Origin: an uncultured virus (IMG/VR IMGVR_UViG_3300005530_000024)
Taxonomy: Duplodnaviria > Heunggongvirae > Uroviricota > Caudoviricetes
Length of the DNA stretch: 64,000 nucleotides
IMG/VR virus record: IMGVR_UViG_3300005530_000024
Strand: one strand, 5' to 3'
Below, piece by piece: positions 37,647-47,547 of this stretch (position 1 is the first letter of the stretch; every line of letters begins with the position of its first letter). The translations under genes and the position numbers were made by a program. The notes under the pieces were generated by a model. The model saw only the letters and a program-made list of their open reading frames with translations. It was not told where the DNA came from and did no database searches.

Positions 37647-38351
37647 ATGAGTGGTCTCGATATCGAAAAGGCTTGGCATCCAGCGACGGGCAATCCACGA
37701 CTCGCCCACTGTATCCTGCAGGGAATGAGTGAGCTCAACACACTCTTCCCAAACAGAAGCCAGGGAGCCCAAGAGGGAACTGAAAGTGATCCTGCTCATC
37801 AGGCGCAAGGAAGTGCTTCTGACCACAATCCGAACGCAGCAGGTGTAGTCAGAGCTTGGGACATCGACGTCACAGGCAATGACTTCGATCCTCATGCTCT
37901 GGCCAACTTTCTCCAGTCACTGATGGCAAAGCACTTCAAGATGTTCGGCTCTACTGGGTATGTGATCTTCGACCATCACATCACAACCTGGGAGCCTTGG
38001 GCTCAGTGGGTTGCTTATACCGGCAGTGATCCACACACTGGTCACATTCACGTCTCGTGCGGTAGTCTACCCGCCGAGTATGACGACATGACACCCTGGA
38101 ACCTTGCCTCTGCGTTTCAGGCGCCAGTACCTGCAACGCATCCGAATTCAATCTCAAAGATGATCGAAGGAGAAGGACCAATGCTCGTGCAAAGTGCAAA
38201 GACCAAGGTCGGAATGCTCGTACTGCCGAAGGGAGCTGCGTTTGTTTCGGACACCGACTTCAACGCACTCAAGGCGGCAGGCGTTCCGGCTGCGATGATC
38301 AGTGACGATCTGTTCAGCAAGATCGCAGCATTGCAGGGAGGTGCGCGTTAG
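37647..38351 (+). CDS. Endolysin, M15-like Zn peptidase
   Basis: SDH...A.DID...YVIF...YTG.DPH..HIHVS. Confidence 0.8.
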   Translation: MSGLDIEKAWHPATGNPRLAHCILQGMSELNTLFPNRSQGAQEGTESDPAHQAQGSASDHNPNAAGVVRAWDIDVTGNDFDPHALANFLQSLMAKHFKMFGSTGYVIFDHHITTWEPWAQWVAYTGSDPHTGHIHVSCGSLPAEYDDMTPWNLASAFQAPVPATHPNSISKMIEGEGPMLVQSAKTKVGMLVLPKGAAFVSDTDFNALKAAGVPAAMISDDLFSKIAALQGGAR

Positions 38352-38627
38352 GTGTCCAACGTCATCGAGAGTAAGGTGATCGCTGCAGCTGCAGGATCGG
38401 GTGCGGGTGTTGCAGCCATTACCTTCATCGACTGGCTGCTGGGAGTGGTTGTCTTTGGTGCGAGTAGTTCGGCGTCAAAGGCTGCGGATGCGCTGGCTGC
38501 TGTTCCTGCACCTGTCTCTGTGATCATTGGCATTCTGGTCACAGTTACCGGTACGTTCTTTGCAGGTTACTCAGCGCCACACACTGACCGAACTGCAGAA
38601 GAAGTGGGTCAACACGCGGCACCCTAA
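38352..38627 (+). CDS. Holin
   Basis: KV.AAA.GS, two TM segments, AGY.APHT.R. Confidence 0.78.
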   Translation: MSNVIESKVIAAAAGSGAGVAAITFIDWLLGVVVFGASSSASKAADALAAVPAPVSVIIGILVTVTGTFFAGYSAPHTDRTAEEVGQHAAP

Positions 38628-38629
38628 GT

Positions 38630-38788
38630 CTACTTCTTCTGTGGGCAGTCGTTGTCGTGCCCCCAGGCACCCTTGCCTTCAGTTTGTGCTCCACAGTGAG
38701 TGCAGTAGCGAACACCGTCTCGAATGCTCCGGTGTTGACTGTGGTCACGAGGTGTCACCAGTGCATGAGTGACTTGCGATGATTGCAT
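38630..38788 (-). CDS. 52-aa Zn-finger-like protein (not in the ORF track)
   Basis: GGAGG RBS; MQSSQV...YCTHCG...HDNDCPQKK. Confidence 0.6.
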   Translation of the reverse strand: MQSSQVTHALVTPRDHSQHRSIRDGVRYCTHCGAQTEGKGAWGHDNDCPQKK

Positions 38789-38811
38789 TTCTTTCCTCCA
38801 TACTGGATTTG

Positions 38812-39159
38812 CTAGTAAAACCGACGCCCTGGAACCTCGGAGGGTAGGGTGCAGTGCTCGTGTGTATCTGTGTCTACCAGTAACGCTCTTTCACTTTCGA
38901 GAAGCTCGTCTAAGAGGGTGTCATAGTCACTCTGACTCACAAACCCCGTCACCCTCCTGTTGTATCTCGTCTCGTACGCTTCTGTTTCGTCTGAAAGTAA
39001 TCCTCCGACGAACGGGCGGATTGAGCGAGAGATCTTCCCGTTTGTGAGGTGGTACGGATGCTTGTCGTCGCAGGGCTTGCGGGTGCATGATCTCCCTGTT
39101 CGATTCTGATGCGGCACCTGGCTTACCTCCCTGACCCTGAAACTCATTATCTTCACCAT
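38812..39159 (-). CDS. Hypothetical protein (frame ambiguous with 38927..39169)
   Basis: Longest ORF filling the gap. Confidence 0.4.
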   Translation of the reverse strand: MVKIMSFRVREVSQVPHQNRTGRSCTRKPCDDKHPYHLTNGKISRSIRPFVGGLLSDETEAYETRYNRRVTGFVSQSDYDTLLDELLESERALLVDTDTHEHCTLPSEVPGRRFY

Positions 39160-39168
39160 CTGTTCTCA

Positions 39169-40329
39169 TTAGATGAATCCTCTACTTGCAACCTTGATAC
39201 GAGGCTCGCCGATCTTCCTACTGATGAGACCTCTAAGTGCAATTACCTGATCATCTGTCAGGTTCGGGTCTTTGAGTAGCTTGTCAAACTGGCCCATTGT
39301 TATTGACTTGCCGCCATACCTGGTGAAGAGATCGTCACCTATGACTCGCTCTACTAGGTCCGCGTCCACACTACGTGTTGATGATACAGCGACGGTCATT
39401 TTGTTCACTGCTGTCTCAAACTCTAACCGATCTTCTACCTTCGCGCGGGCCATAAGCAGCGAATCGAGTTCTCCGATGCCCGAAAGTACCGCCTTGCGCT
39501 GATATTCCAGTTGAGCTCGTATGTCGATTAACTGCTCTGTCGGCATACCGATTGCCCCGCCAAGCGAGATTGACTTGACTAGTTCAGGGCAAGTCGCCTT
39601 GATTGGACAGTACTGACATTCGATGTTTAAGGTCGGTACTGTCTTTCCTTCTTCTGCGGCGATGATCTTCTCAGCCACACGCCGCAGGGATGCCCAGGTT
39701 TGCAGATTGTCGTTGTGGGTAAACGAGGTACCTACGCGCTCATGGCGTAGGAGGTCGAACTCGATCTTGATTCTCGTGTAAGGAATGCCTTGCGATTTGA
39801 GCCAGATAGCAGCAGCCAGACCGTAAGTTCTCGGCTGCACCTTGGTATGTAGTTCTTCTGGAGAGTATGGAACTCTGATCGTTTTGTAGTCAACGACTCG
39901 ATAGACGCCCTCTTCTACTAGATCGAACCTGTCGAAGATGTAATTGAAAGGAATGTCACCGGCCGAAGTCGGGAGCATAAACTGAAGCTTATTCTCAACC
40001 GACAGAACCTTGACTTGATCGAGTTCGGTGCGCGTGAACCAGGCATTGAGCATGTCGATGCCATCTTCGTAACCCTCATGATCTGGAGTACCGAAGATGG
40101 CGATGGTGTAGGTGTAGTAGAAGCCGAGCAGCAACTCGAGACTAGGCGCTTCAGACTTCTCGATGTAGACCTTTCTGACGTAATCTTCTAGCGAGTTGTG
40201 TACGACGTTTCCGAGATTAGCTGCGTCGTTTCCGAGACCCCGAGAACGGTGACCGTACTCGCACTCCCAGCGCCTCATACATAGGTCAGCTACCTGTATG
40301 CTAGAGGCCGAGAGTGTTGCTGGAATCAC
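39169..40329 (-). CDS. RecB/Cas4-like PD-(D/E)xK exonuclease
   Basis: LSASS....C, G..VH..LE, FDRFD, VVDYKT, Q...Y, CQYCP..C; GTG start after AAGGAG. Confidence 0.85.
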   Translation of the reverse strand: MIPATLSASSIQVADLCMRRWECEYGHRSRGLGNDAANLGNVVHNSLEDYVRKVYIEKSEAPSLELLLGFYYTYTIAIFGTPDHEGYEDGIDMLNAWFTRTELDQVKVLSVENKLQFMLPTSAGDIPFNYIFDRFDLVEEGVYRVVDYKTIRVPYSPEELHTKVQPRTYGLAAAIWLKSQGIPYTRIKIEFDLLRHERVGTSFTHNDNLQTWASLRRVAEKIIAAEEGKTVPTLNIECQYCPIKATCPELVKSISLGGAIGMPTEQLIDIRAQLEYQRKAVLSGIGELDSLLMARAKVEDRLEFETAVNKMTVAVSSTRSVDADLVERVIGDDLFTRYGGKSITMGQFDKLLKDPNLTDDQVIALRGLISRKIGEPRIKVASRGFI

Positions 40330-40478
40330 GCCTGCTCCTTTACGTATTCTTCGTATCGAAGGTCGTCTAGTGCAGACCATCCGCAGTTTTCTGAATCTTG
40401 AAATAGAGCAACCCGCTTGCCGACTTCTATCTCACTGAGTATGAAGTCATGCATTCCATGCCCATATAGACCTATCAC
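40326..40478 (-). CDS. Small hypothetical protein (not in the ORF track)
   Basis: 50-aa ORF with GTGA overlaps at both ends. Confidence 0.5.
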   Translation of the reverse strand: MIGLYGHGMHDFILSEIEVGKRVALFQDSENCGWSALDDLRYEEYVKEQA

Positions 40479-40708
40479 AGCCAGTCTTTCAAGTGTGTAC
40501 GTACTTGTTCTGGGATTGTTTCAGAGGGGGGCGGATCGCCTGGTACGCCACTGTATCCAGGAGAATTGCATCTGACACGAATGATGATTTCGGTGAAGCC
40601 AGGACGGGCATGCGTCTCGACGTCTGTGACCTTTACGGCGCGTTCCTTACTTAAGTCTGTCACTGCTTCTTCAACAGCCTTTCTAGATTGGCAAGTGCAG
40701 AATGTCAA
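40475..40708 (-). CDS. Hypothetical protein
   Basis: Tiles the operon. Confidence 0.5.
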   Translation of the reverse strand: MTFCTCQSRKAVEEAVTDLSKERAVKVTDVETHARPGFTEIIIRVRCNSPGYSGVPGDPPPSETIPEQVRTHLKDWL

Positions 40709-40964
40709 CTACTACTTCGAGAGGCATAGGCTCTTCTGTTTCCGGCTTTTCCTTGAACCTACCCGCCCACATGCCGTAGTCAGAACCAGATCGGTCGCGG
40801 TACTCGTCGCATTGCTGAGATACTGGACAGACAAAGCAAGTCCACTTTGCCTTGTTGACGTCATCGAGTCGTCCGCGCTCCGGGAAGAAGATGTTGCCAT
40901 CATAGGTGTCCCACCATGCACCAGGTGGCGGAAAGTTGCTCTCTCGACACGCAGCATCTTCCAT
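40683..40964 (-). CDS. whiB: WhiB-family Fe-S transcription factor
   Basis: AAC...FFP...AK..C..CPV..QC...GMWAG. Confidence 0.88.
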   Translation of the reverse strand: MEDAACRESNFPPPGAWWDTYDGNIFFPERGRLDDVNKAKWTCFVCPVSQQCDEYRDRSGSDYGMWAGRFKEKPETEEPMPLEVVVDILHLPI

Positions 40965-40981
40965 CCAGTCTTCGCGTTGCG

Positions 40982-41236
40982 CTATAAAGGTAGCGAGCGA
41001 GTCTCCGTCGGGGGAGCTAGCTCTGACTCCTTCGCCGCACCCGCAGGGGTCTCCGACGTGGCTGCAGAGGTCGTCGGAGAAGCCAAGCTTTCGGCAGATT
41101 CCTGTGCAGACGAAGCTTTTGGGTCAGACTCCGGCTGGTCCGCTGGAATCGGATACACAGAAAAATCACCACGATCGCGCTTTGCTAGTGCGGTGTCGGT
41201 GGTAGACCAGGGTGATCTGATCTCTCTGGCTGCCAT
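40982..41236 (-). CDS. Low-complexity hypothetical protein
   Basis: Ser/Ala/Glu-rich ORF; start approximate. Confidence 0.45.
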   Translation of the reverse strand: MAAREIRSPWSTTDTALAKRDRGDFSVYPIPADQPESDPKASSAQESAESLASPTTSAATSETPAGAAKESELAPPTETRSLPL

Positions 41237-41301
41237 TCGAGTATCCAATCAACATAGACTTTACGTGAAACGCCTATGCTAGCGGATGATGAGCCAGTGT
41301 G

Positions 41302-41889
41302 CTAGTCCGGTAAACTATCGGGCCTAGCTGGATCAGTCACGGGAGCAAGTGCGCCACCGAACCAGGTAGTCGGATCGCTACCCGTGCCCGGTTCAAAAAC
41401 CTTCGCTGTCGGAGTTTGGGTATCAGGGTTTGCATCGAGACGAGTGCCATCAGATCGGAAGTTAGCCAATTTCAACCCGCCCGAGAGGCTCTCGCCTTCG
41501 CTTGGAGAGTTTGGCGGATGATCTGGGTTACGCCCGTTCTCTGCCAATAGAAGGAGTCTGTCGATCTCGGCTGCGATGAATTGCCCGGCGCGAACAAGAT
41601 CTGCAACCCGATCTTGGCCACCATGGTAAGTTGCATTATCCCACGGCCAGCAGAACGGTGTACCGTCTTCATGAGCAGTCGGACCAGGTCCGCAGAGATA
41701 TGCAGCTGCAGCAAGAACCAGCTCACCATTCTCGTACTGCGAATCGTGTTCTGCGGTGCGAAGAAGATGATCCATTACTCGAAAGCGTTCCAGAAGAATT
41801 CGAGTAGCTCCAGGACTCGTGTTATCCGAGTCGACCTTGACTAGACTCTGTTGGTCGTCGCGGTCACTGATGATAATAAGAGTTTTCAT
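41302..41889 (-). CDS. Conserved phage protein (EHD/GEL..AA/WPW/AEIDRL family)
   Basis: ER..., T.EHD..Y..GEL..AA..Y, WPW, LVRAG..I.AEIDRL. Confidence 0.7.
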   Translation of the reverse strand: MKTLIIISDRDDQQSLVKVDSDNTSPGATRILLERFRVMDHLLRTAEHDSQYENGELVLAAAAYLCGPGPTAHEDGTPFCWPWDNATYHGGQDRVADLVRAGQFIAAEIDRLLLLAENGRNPDHPPNSPSEGESLSGGLKLANFRSDGTRLDANPDTQTPTAKVFEPGTGSDPTTWFGGALAPVTDPARPDSLPD

Positions 41890-42602
41890 CCGAATAATCC
41901 TGCGCCTTCTGATTCGAGTTTTGCTACGGACTTGTCATGGTTGAATTCGTCAATCTCTATTGCTACGGCCGAGCGTCCTGTGTTGCGGGCGGCTCGAACA
42001 AGTGAACCAGAGCCACCGAACGGATCAACTAAGAAATCACCCTCCACCGTGCTGTGGGTGATGAGTGGCTCTAATAGTCCAGGTGGCTTTTCATGAGGGT
42101 GAATCAGATCACTGGGACGAAGTTGCGGAGTGTGGAGAACGAAGTTGCGTCGTCTGTCTGAACGTTCACGGTCACCCTTTTTGAAAAAGAGTATGAACTC
42201 CATCCCCATGCCCCAGGAGTTGAGATCGCCCATGCCTGGGCCTTCCTTTTCCCATACTCCTAAACCCTTACGTACAAAGTTGTGAAGCTCAAGGAAGTAA
42301 TCAGTCATCGTCATCCACTCCTTTAGGACCTGATAAGAAGTGAAGACGTAAAGATCACATTGTTCTGCAGTCTTTGGAAGTAGAACGTTCATAACGTCCT
42401 GAAAGACCTGAATCGCCACTTCAGGACTCTCGTCATTTGCAATCTTTCGAGCGTGTGCTCTTCCCTCTGGTGTGACAGATTGATTAGAGAGGTTGTTCAC
42501 ACCGAACGGAGGATCAGTGATGACGCAGTTTACGCGGCCTGGCTTAAACCTCTGGCACAGTTCGATTGAGTCACCGAGCCAGATTTGGTGAACTAGCGTC
42601 AC
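41886..42602 (-). CDS. DNA amino-methyltransferase (N6-A/N4-C, beta class)
   Basis: TDPPF precedes HP.EKP and DPFGGSGS. Confidence 0.9.
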   Translation of the reverse strand: MTLVHQIWLGDSIELCQRFKPGRVNCVITDPPFGVNNLSNQSVTPEGRAHARKIANDESPEVAIQVFQDVMNVLLPKTAEQCDLYVFTSYQVLKEWMTMTDYFLELHNFVRKGLGVWEKEGPGMGDLNSWGMGMEFILFFKKGDRERSDRRRNFVLHTPQLRPSDLIHPHEKPPGLLEPLITHSTVEGDFLVDPFGGSGSLVRAARNTGRSAVAIEIDEFNHDKSVAKLESEGAGLFG

Positions 42603-42688
42603 GCTTCTTCTCCTCTTCTGCCCTGCAGGCTGGGCAAAAATCTCCGTCGATTCTGTGCGGAAGTGGCCCGGTAACTGGCGCCTTAGTG

Positions 42689-42946
42689 TCAGGCACCTTG
42701 CACCATTAACTCAAGGAGCTTCATGTAGTGATCCGCTTCTCGGTACCACTCTTTCTGCTCGCTGTTGAGATCGAATGAAGTTGCACCGTAGTAGCCGATA
42801 TGTGCCTTTGTCTTCTCCCAAAGGTTATTCAGTAACTCATACTCGAGTTTTGGGTCCGGATAACCAGGCGCCGTTACTTCGATTACCTGATTGCGAACAA
42901 GCTCAAGCAGCTTCGGTACTGTCTTCGGAAGCGGTTCTCGGCTCAT
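42689..42946 (-). CDS. Hypothetical protein
   Basis: ATG at 42946 (MSREP...) overlapping the end of the previous gene. Confidence 0.55.
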   Translation of the reverse strand: MSREPLPKTVPKLLELVRNQVIEVTAPGYPDPKLEYELLNNLWEKTKAHIGYYGATSFDLNSEQKEWYREADHYMKLLELMVQGA

Positions 42947-43533
42947 GGTGTAATCCACATCTTGCAGCTCGGATGGTGAGAATTTCCTATACAAGAACAA
43001 TCGCGTTCAACGGGAGGTCGAGGTCTCGGAGGCCAGGCATTCGAGTCATCCTCTTCGATCAGTGTGGGCGCGCGGTCGATGCGTTCCCATATCTCAGTTG
43101 GGATTTGAGATGGATCGAAGGCTACCCATGGCTCGGCGTAGATAACAACCAGAGGAGTTACATCAACGTCTTGCTCGACTATCTCGCTGGAAACTCTCCT
43201 TACTAATTTGTCATTCTCCATGACGAGACCCTGCAGAGCATCCTCGGTTGCCTTTTGCATGTTAGTCGCGTCTACTTCGTTCTTTGTTACCTCTTTCTTT
43301 GCACCTGAGTACTGCGCTCGCCGACGCCAGAAGAAAAACTTGAGCTCTAACTCGCCGTCAATCATCTCTGCAGCATTGGTTATCGCTTCCCTCACTGCCG
43401 ACTGAAAGGCAACGAGTTGCGAGTCGGCACCAACGATAGGAAAGAGCCTCTCGCCTCTACGCCCGATAGAGATAGGGCCTACTTTCCATGGCTCTGGGTT
43501 GATACCATGTAGGACATACCAACGACCACTCAC
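42943..43533 (-). CDS. RusA-like Holliday junction resolvase
   Basis: D..N..K..EDAL.G....ND..V. Confidence 0.78.
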   Translation of the reverse strand: MSGRWYVLHGINPEPWKVGPISIGRRGERLFPIVGADSQLVAFQSAVREAITNAAEMIDGELELKFFFWRRRAQYSGAKKEVTKNEVDATNMQKATEDALQGLVMENDKLVRRVSSEIVEQDVDVTPLVVIYAEPWVAFDPSQIPTEIWERIDRAPTLIEEDDSNAWPPRPRPPVERDCSCIGNSHHPSCKMWITP

Positions 43534-43811
43534 GAAAAAAGCCTCTCGACTAACGGCTTGAGAATGTAAACGGCTACAACCAAGACAAGGATGAGCAGCG
43601 CGAGAGTAAGAAGAACGGTCGCAACAAGCCTAGCAGCGAACTGTTTCGGAGGGTCAACTGACTCACTCCCTGGTTTAGGGTCGCGGTTGAGGTTATCTGT
43701 CATTGTCACACCATCCGTGGGAAATGGAGAGCCAGAACATTGACTGTGTGCACCAGAGAGGCAGGCAGCGCACCTAGTGGCGATGAACTCGTTGTTACAG
43801 CAGCACTCCAC
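43530..43811 (-). CDS. Small membrane protein
   Basis: C-terminal TM segment; start uncertain. Confidence 0.5.
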   Translation of the reverse strand: MECCCNNEFIATRCAACLSGAHSQCSGSPFPTDGVTMTDNLNRDPKPGSESVDPPKQFAARLVATVLLTLALLILVLVVAVYILKPLVERLFS

Positions 43812-43824
43812 TTGACTTCACCTT

Positions 43825-44427
43825 TCATTCTGCTAACGCTCCACCGGAAGCGTTCAGCAACTCAGAGAGACGATTTGCATATTCAGATTCAGCTCGCTGA
43901 GGCGTCCAAGCCCGAATATTAATACCAAGCGGCTGAAGCCCGATCAGACTCGCCCATGGAATGTTACTAGTTAGAAGTGCAGCCCGCTCGTCAAGCAGGA
44001 TACGATTGTCAGCCTCTTTCACTGGTTTTGGAATGACGTACTCTGGGTCCCGTCCACTGCCTCCAGCAGGCCCATGGTGGAGACCGTACTTGCGTGCTAT
44101 ACAGTCCAGCAAACTGTCCTCGTAAATACCGTAGGTCGGTAAGTTGCGCTTGATAGGACGCGGCAAATCAACCATGTACGCCTCTGCTGCGTCATGCAAC
44201 AGTGCCGCAAGGGCATATTCTGGAGCAACTGCATATGACATGAGTACACAGTGCTCGGCTACCGAGTAGAACCGTCTGGTATGGCCCCCGAAGCGGCAAA
44301 GCATTGACAGTGCATGCGCGATGTCGCGCGAGTCAATCTCGTCAGGTCTAGCATCTAGAGGCCAAAACGCTCGTCCGGTAAAGGTAAGAATCCAGTCACC
44401 TTGGCGACCGCTCGCGGTAGTCGTCAT
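43825..44427 (-). CDS. HD-domain phosphohydrolase (YfbR/YfdR-like nucleotidase)
   Basis: DIAHALS..CRF.GH...YSVAEH, LLHDAAEAY..D.P.P.K. Confidence 0.88.
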   Translation of the reverse strand: MTTTASGRQGDWILTFTGRAFWPLDARPDEIDSRDIAHALSMLCRFGGHTRRFYSVAEHCVLMSYAVAPEYALAALLHDAAEAYMVDLPRPIKRNLPTYGIYEDSLLDCIARKYGLHHGPAGGSGRDPEYVIPKPVKEADNRILLDERAALLTSNIPWASLIGLQPLGINIRAWTPQRAESEYANRLSELLNASGGALAE

Positions 44428-44672
44428 GCAGCATGCCTTCCGGTTTTATATGTCACACTAGGGGGCTCTTCTATGCACGGCTTGATTTCGAGTTGAAGTG
44501 ACTGACCACGGTGATCGTAGTACATGTGGTGAAGTATCTCATTAACTGCTGCATCCTGGCTTAACCAGGCACGCTGGGACCAGTATCTCAGCATGCAAGA
44601 GGTGCTATTGCCATAGCAGAATACTTCCCAATCACCAACCTGATTACGAATAATATCGACCTGCACACTCAT
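44424..44672 (-). CDS. Hypothetical protein
   Basis: ATGA overlaps on both sides. Confidence 0.55.
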   Translation of the reverse strand: MSVQVDIIRNQVGDWEVFCYGNSTSCMLRYWSQRAWLSQDAAVNEILHHMYYDHRGQSLQLEIKPCIEEPPSVTYKTGRHAA

Positions 44673-45790
44673 CGCTCTTCACCGTTACCTTGTGGAGGAG
44701 GAGCATCTCCTAGAGGAGCGGTCCACACTTCGTATCCAGAGCCGCCGTTGAAATAGACCTTGCATTTTCTCGCATCGTTCGGGTCGTAGCCCATGACGAC
44801 TTCTTCGGATGGAGAATTCTGAATGGCGTCTAGGAAGATCGCTGGCGTGAAGTGAATCTCGCAACGAGGATGCAACGCCTGACCCGTAAGAGCTAGCACA
44901 TCGCCCACGAAGCCCGTCTGCGCCTCACTTACCATCGCTGCAAGTTCTTCTCGACCGATAATGAGTCGTAGGCGTGGCATACGGTCAGACGAGATAGACA
45001 TGGCGCGCTTGACCATCTCGATAACCTCAGTCTTCTTAAACTTGACTGTCTCTGGTCTTTCACGGATCATGAGCTTGTGAACAGGTGGATACTTCTCGCC
45101 AATCAACACACAACGTAACTGAGTATATTGATCTGGCATTACAAAGAGTTGAGTTCCCTCGACACGTATCTTAGCGTCCGAGAGTGGCTTGAGCACGGTC
45201 GTGAGTGTTGCAGGCGGAATCGTCACACCCTCACTCAAGTTAGCAATCTTGATAGGCGCGACCGCAAGCCGGAAACGATCAGTCGCACAGACAAACTCGG
45301 GCTCGAATCGCAAACCCAAGGCGTGTACGTCCCTACTGGCTGCCCACTCTACCTGCGCTAGACGTGCGCCAAGGTCGGAAACCTCTGTCATGTCAGTATC
45401 GTCGAAAGGCTGCCACATCACGTAGTCAGCAGCATTCATCATCTGAATTTTGGCCTTGGTTCGACCTGATGAGAATGCTATGCCGTTTCCATCTTGAGTC
45501 AGTGTCACCGTCTTGCCAGAACCGATGGGCAGTGTCTTGATAAATGCCGCTAAGGGCTTCGAGGGCAATCGCCATACGACATGCTCGCCGTCCACTTCAA
45601 GAGGGTCTAGCCATTCTAGGTAGTAGATATCAAGATTGGTGCTACGCAGGACTACCGCTTCATCCTTCGGGGAGACTTCTAACACAATTCCAGCAGCTTT
45701 GTCAAAGGCGTTACCCTTATCGGGGGCAACTGCCTCAGCTTTGGAGACAGAGGCTTGCAGTGCTGCAGTCTCGAACGTTACGGTAGTCAT
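44669..45790 (-). CDS. dnaN: DNA polymerase III beta sliding clamp-like protein
   Basis: 373 aa; STNLD, ATDRFRLA, LI..KYP motifs. Confidence 0.82.
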   Translation of the reverse strand: MTTVTFETAALQASVSKAEAVAPDKGNAFDKAAGIVLEVSPKDEAVVLRSTNLDIYYLEWLDPLEVDGEHVVWRLPSKPLAAFIKTLPIGSGKTVTLTQDGNGIAFSSGRTKAKIQMMNAADYVMWQPFDDTDMTEVSDLGARLAQVEWAASRDVHALGLRFEPEFVCATDRFRLAVAPIKIANLSEGVTIPPATLTTVLKPLSDAKIRVEGTQLFVMPDQYTQLRCVLIGEKYPPVHKLMIRERPETVKFKKTEVIEMVKRAMSISSDRMPRLRLIIGREELAAMVSEAQTGFVGDVLALTGQALHPRCEIHFTPAIFLDAIQNSPSEEVVMGYDPNDARKCKVYFNGGSGYEVWTAPLGDAPPPQGNGEER

Positions 45791-46474
45791 CTAGTCAGCC
45801 TTTTCAAACCACAGAGTTACGATGCCAGTTGCAGGGTCGGTCTCTTGGTAGAACGTGATGCCAGTGAGGTCAAATTCGCTCGGATGCACCTGGACTTTAT
45901 TGTCTTCTACCTGTCGCAGGATGCCGACAAGGAGACGTTGAACCTCTGGCCATGAGATTGTCGTAGGCGCAGGAGTGTCATCAGGTGAAGAAGTGGAAAT
46001 ACTTGGCACAGGATCTACGTACCCACAAGTTGGACAACGCTTTAAGAGCGCCCAGGGATCGACCCTTTCTGTTCTCTTTGAGCCACACTTTCCACAATAC
46101 TTAAGTCGCGGATACCTATTGACGGCTAGTCCGGTATAACTTTCAAACTCACCAATGGACTTAGATGAGCCAGCGAGCGAGTCTATTGCATCCTTATGCA
46201 TTCGATCCCCGGTTGCTACATATGCATCCATCAAGTCCTTCAGTGGATTACTAGCTGGGTCTGACCAGGGTATTGATACTGTAACGGTTCCTGATGCAGT
46301 CAGTGTACTCGGATCGAAGCGAGCTAATTTTTCTTCAAGTTCGGGCGAGAAGGTTATCTTCGGCATATCGCTTGGTGAGACGATAATCGGCTTCTTTCCA
46401 CTTACTATATCAGGGTAGTGCTCAATAAAGAGTCGTCTAAACTCTTCACGGTTCTTATCTTCAGCACTACTCAT
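45791..46474 (-). CDS. Hypothetical protein with Zn ribbon
   Basis: CGKC...CPTC. Confidence 0.6.
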   Translation of the reverse strand: MSSAEDKNREEFRRLFIEHYPDIVSGKKPIIVSPSDMPKITFSPELEEKLARFDPSTLTASGTVTVSIPWSDPASNPLKDLMDAYVATGDRMHKDAIDSLAGSSKSIGEFESYTGLAVNRYPRLKYCGKCGSKRTERVDPWALLKRCPTCGYVDPVPSISTSSPDDTPAPTTISWPEVQRLLVGILRQVEDNKVQVHPSEFDLTGITFYQETDPATGIVTLWFEKAD

Positions 46475-46481
46475 GATAAAC

Positions 46482-46643
46482 TTACGCCTCTCCTGCGCGC
46501 TTCTTCCTGCAGGTTTCAGAGCAAACGCCAGTGCCCTTGAAGGTCATGGTTCTGACCTCGTTGCCGTCTACCTCGCAGAACTCAAGTCTCTGAGCTTTTT
46601 CTGCTTTGGTGGTATGCCACACCCCATTTTTCTTGTACGGCAT
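46482..46643 (-). CDS. 53-aa hypothetical protein (not in the ORF track)
   Basis: TGATG overlap; MPYKKNG...FCEVDG...VCSETCRKKR. Confidence 0.6.
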   Translation of the reverse strand: MPYKKNGVWHTTKAEKAQRLEFCEVDGNEVRTMTFKGTGVCSETCRKKRAGEA

Positions 46644-47356
46644 CAGATGTCTCCCCATACCAGGAAGTTGTCTACATAAAAGCTGAACTCATGGAGCGTG
46701 TCTACGAGGTCGGGAAGAACGCGGTGCTTCTTCATTGGAGTAAGCACAGTTGCCATGTGCTCATAGAGGTCCGGATTGAGCTCCATGCACAACTCTTTGA
46801 GTGACGATGCGTCAATCACCCGGTGGTGAAGAGAATCCACAAAGGTTGGCATGAATTCTCGAAGCATGTAGTAGTCGAACTTTGTAGTACTTCCTGCCAT
46901 GCGAATCGACTTTGGATTCTCGCAATGCAAAGTGACGTACTCCGTCAACTCTGCTTCTACCTGATCATAGGTGTGATACCTGTGGGCACGGTCGGTAAGA
47001 TCATCGAGTAGCCCAGAATCTTCATGCATCTTCCAGACAAGTTCGAGAATCTCTGGCAGTGCCTTTGCGTTGCGCACCGGGTCGCAGAGTTCAGGCTTGG
47101 TGAGAAAGTGCAACGGCTCAGAGATGACGAAGCCTTGAGCATCGGTGAGCACAGCGCCTACTTCGAGGATCATGTCTCGGTGCAGTTCCAGCCCAGTCGT
47201 TTCGACGTCCACGAAGAGGAACTTCGCATCTTGCGGAGCTACGTGATCAGGGTTGAGATGACTGAGTCCGTTCTCGATAGCCCACTTGATGCCGTACTCA
47301 GGCACTACAGATGAAGGAAGAACCGGAGTAGCGGGTCTAACGAGTGTGCCAGTCAC
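46643..47356 (-). CDS. Oligoribonuclease-like DEDDh exonuclease
   Basis: VDVETTGL, ILEV, MH..SGL, AGS...FD, HHR.ID.SS, HR...D. Confidence 0.85.
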   Translation of the reverse strand: MTGTLVRPATPVLPSSVVPEYGIKWAIENGLSHLNPDHVAPQDAKFLFVDVETTGLELHRDMILEVGAVLTDAQGFVISEPLHFLTKPELCDPVRNAKALPEILELVWKMHEDSGLLDDLTDRAHRYHTYDQVEAELTEYVTLHCENPKSIRMAGSTTKFDYYMLREFMPTFVDSLHHRVIDASSLKELCMELNPDLYEHMATVLTPMKKHRVLPDLVDTLHEFSFYVDNFLVWGDI

Positions 47357-47547
47357 TTGACATTCTCCTTGTTGGCGAATTCGACCATGGCTGTTCGACT
47401 GATCATCCATGATTTTGCTGGTTTAATCGCATGCAGCCGCTTGCTATTTATCCAGGCTCGAACGGTGGCTGGTTCGACTGAAAAGATCTTCGCCACCTCC
47501 TTGACAGTGTGGAGTCGGTCCTCTACCTTTAAGGTGACCTCGGTCAT
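47353..47547 (-). CDS. Excisionase/MerR-like HTH protein
   Basis: TVKEVA..F.V...TVR.WI....L.A.K....W.I. Confidence 0.82.
   Translation of the reverse strand: MTEVTLKVEDRLHTVKEVAKIFSVEPATVRAWINSKRLHAIKPAKSWMISRTAMVEFANKENVK

Noticed and set aside
39169..40329. Cas4-like gene as a sign of CRISPR
   Set aside because: No repeat-spacer array or other cas genes seen; solo nucleases of this type are common in phages
40965..41123. Cys-rich open frame upstream of whiB, suggesting TGA read-through or a frameshift
   Set aside because: No start codon, two in-frame TGAs further upstream, and TGA is used as a normal stop elsewhere
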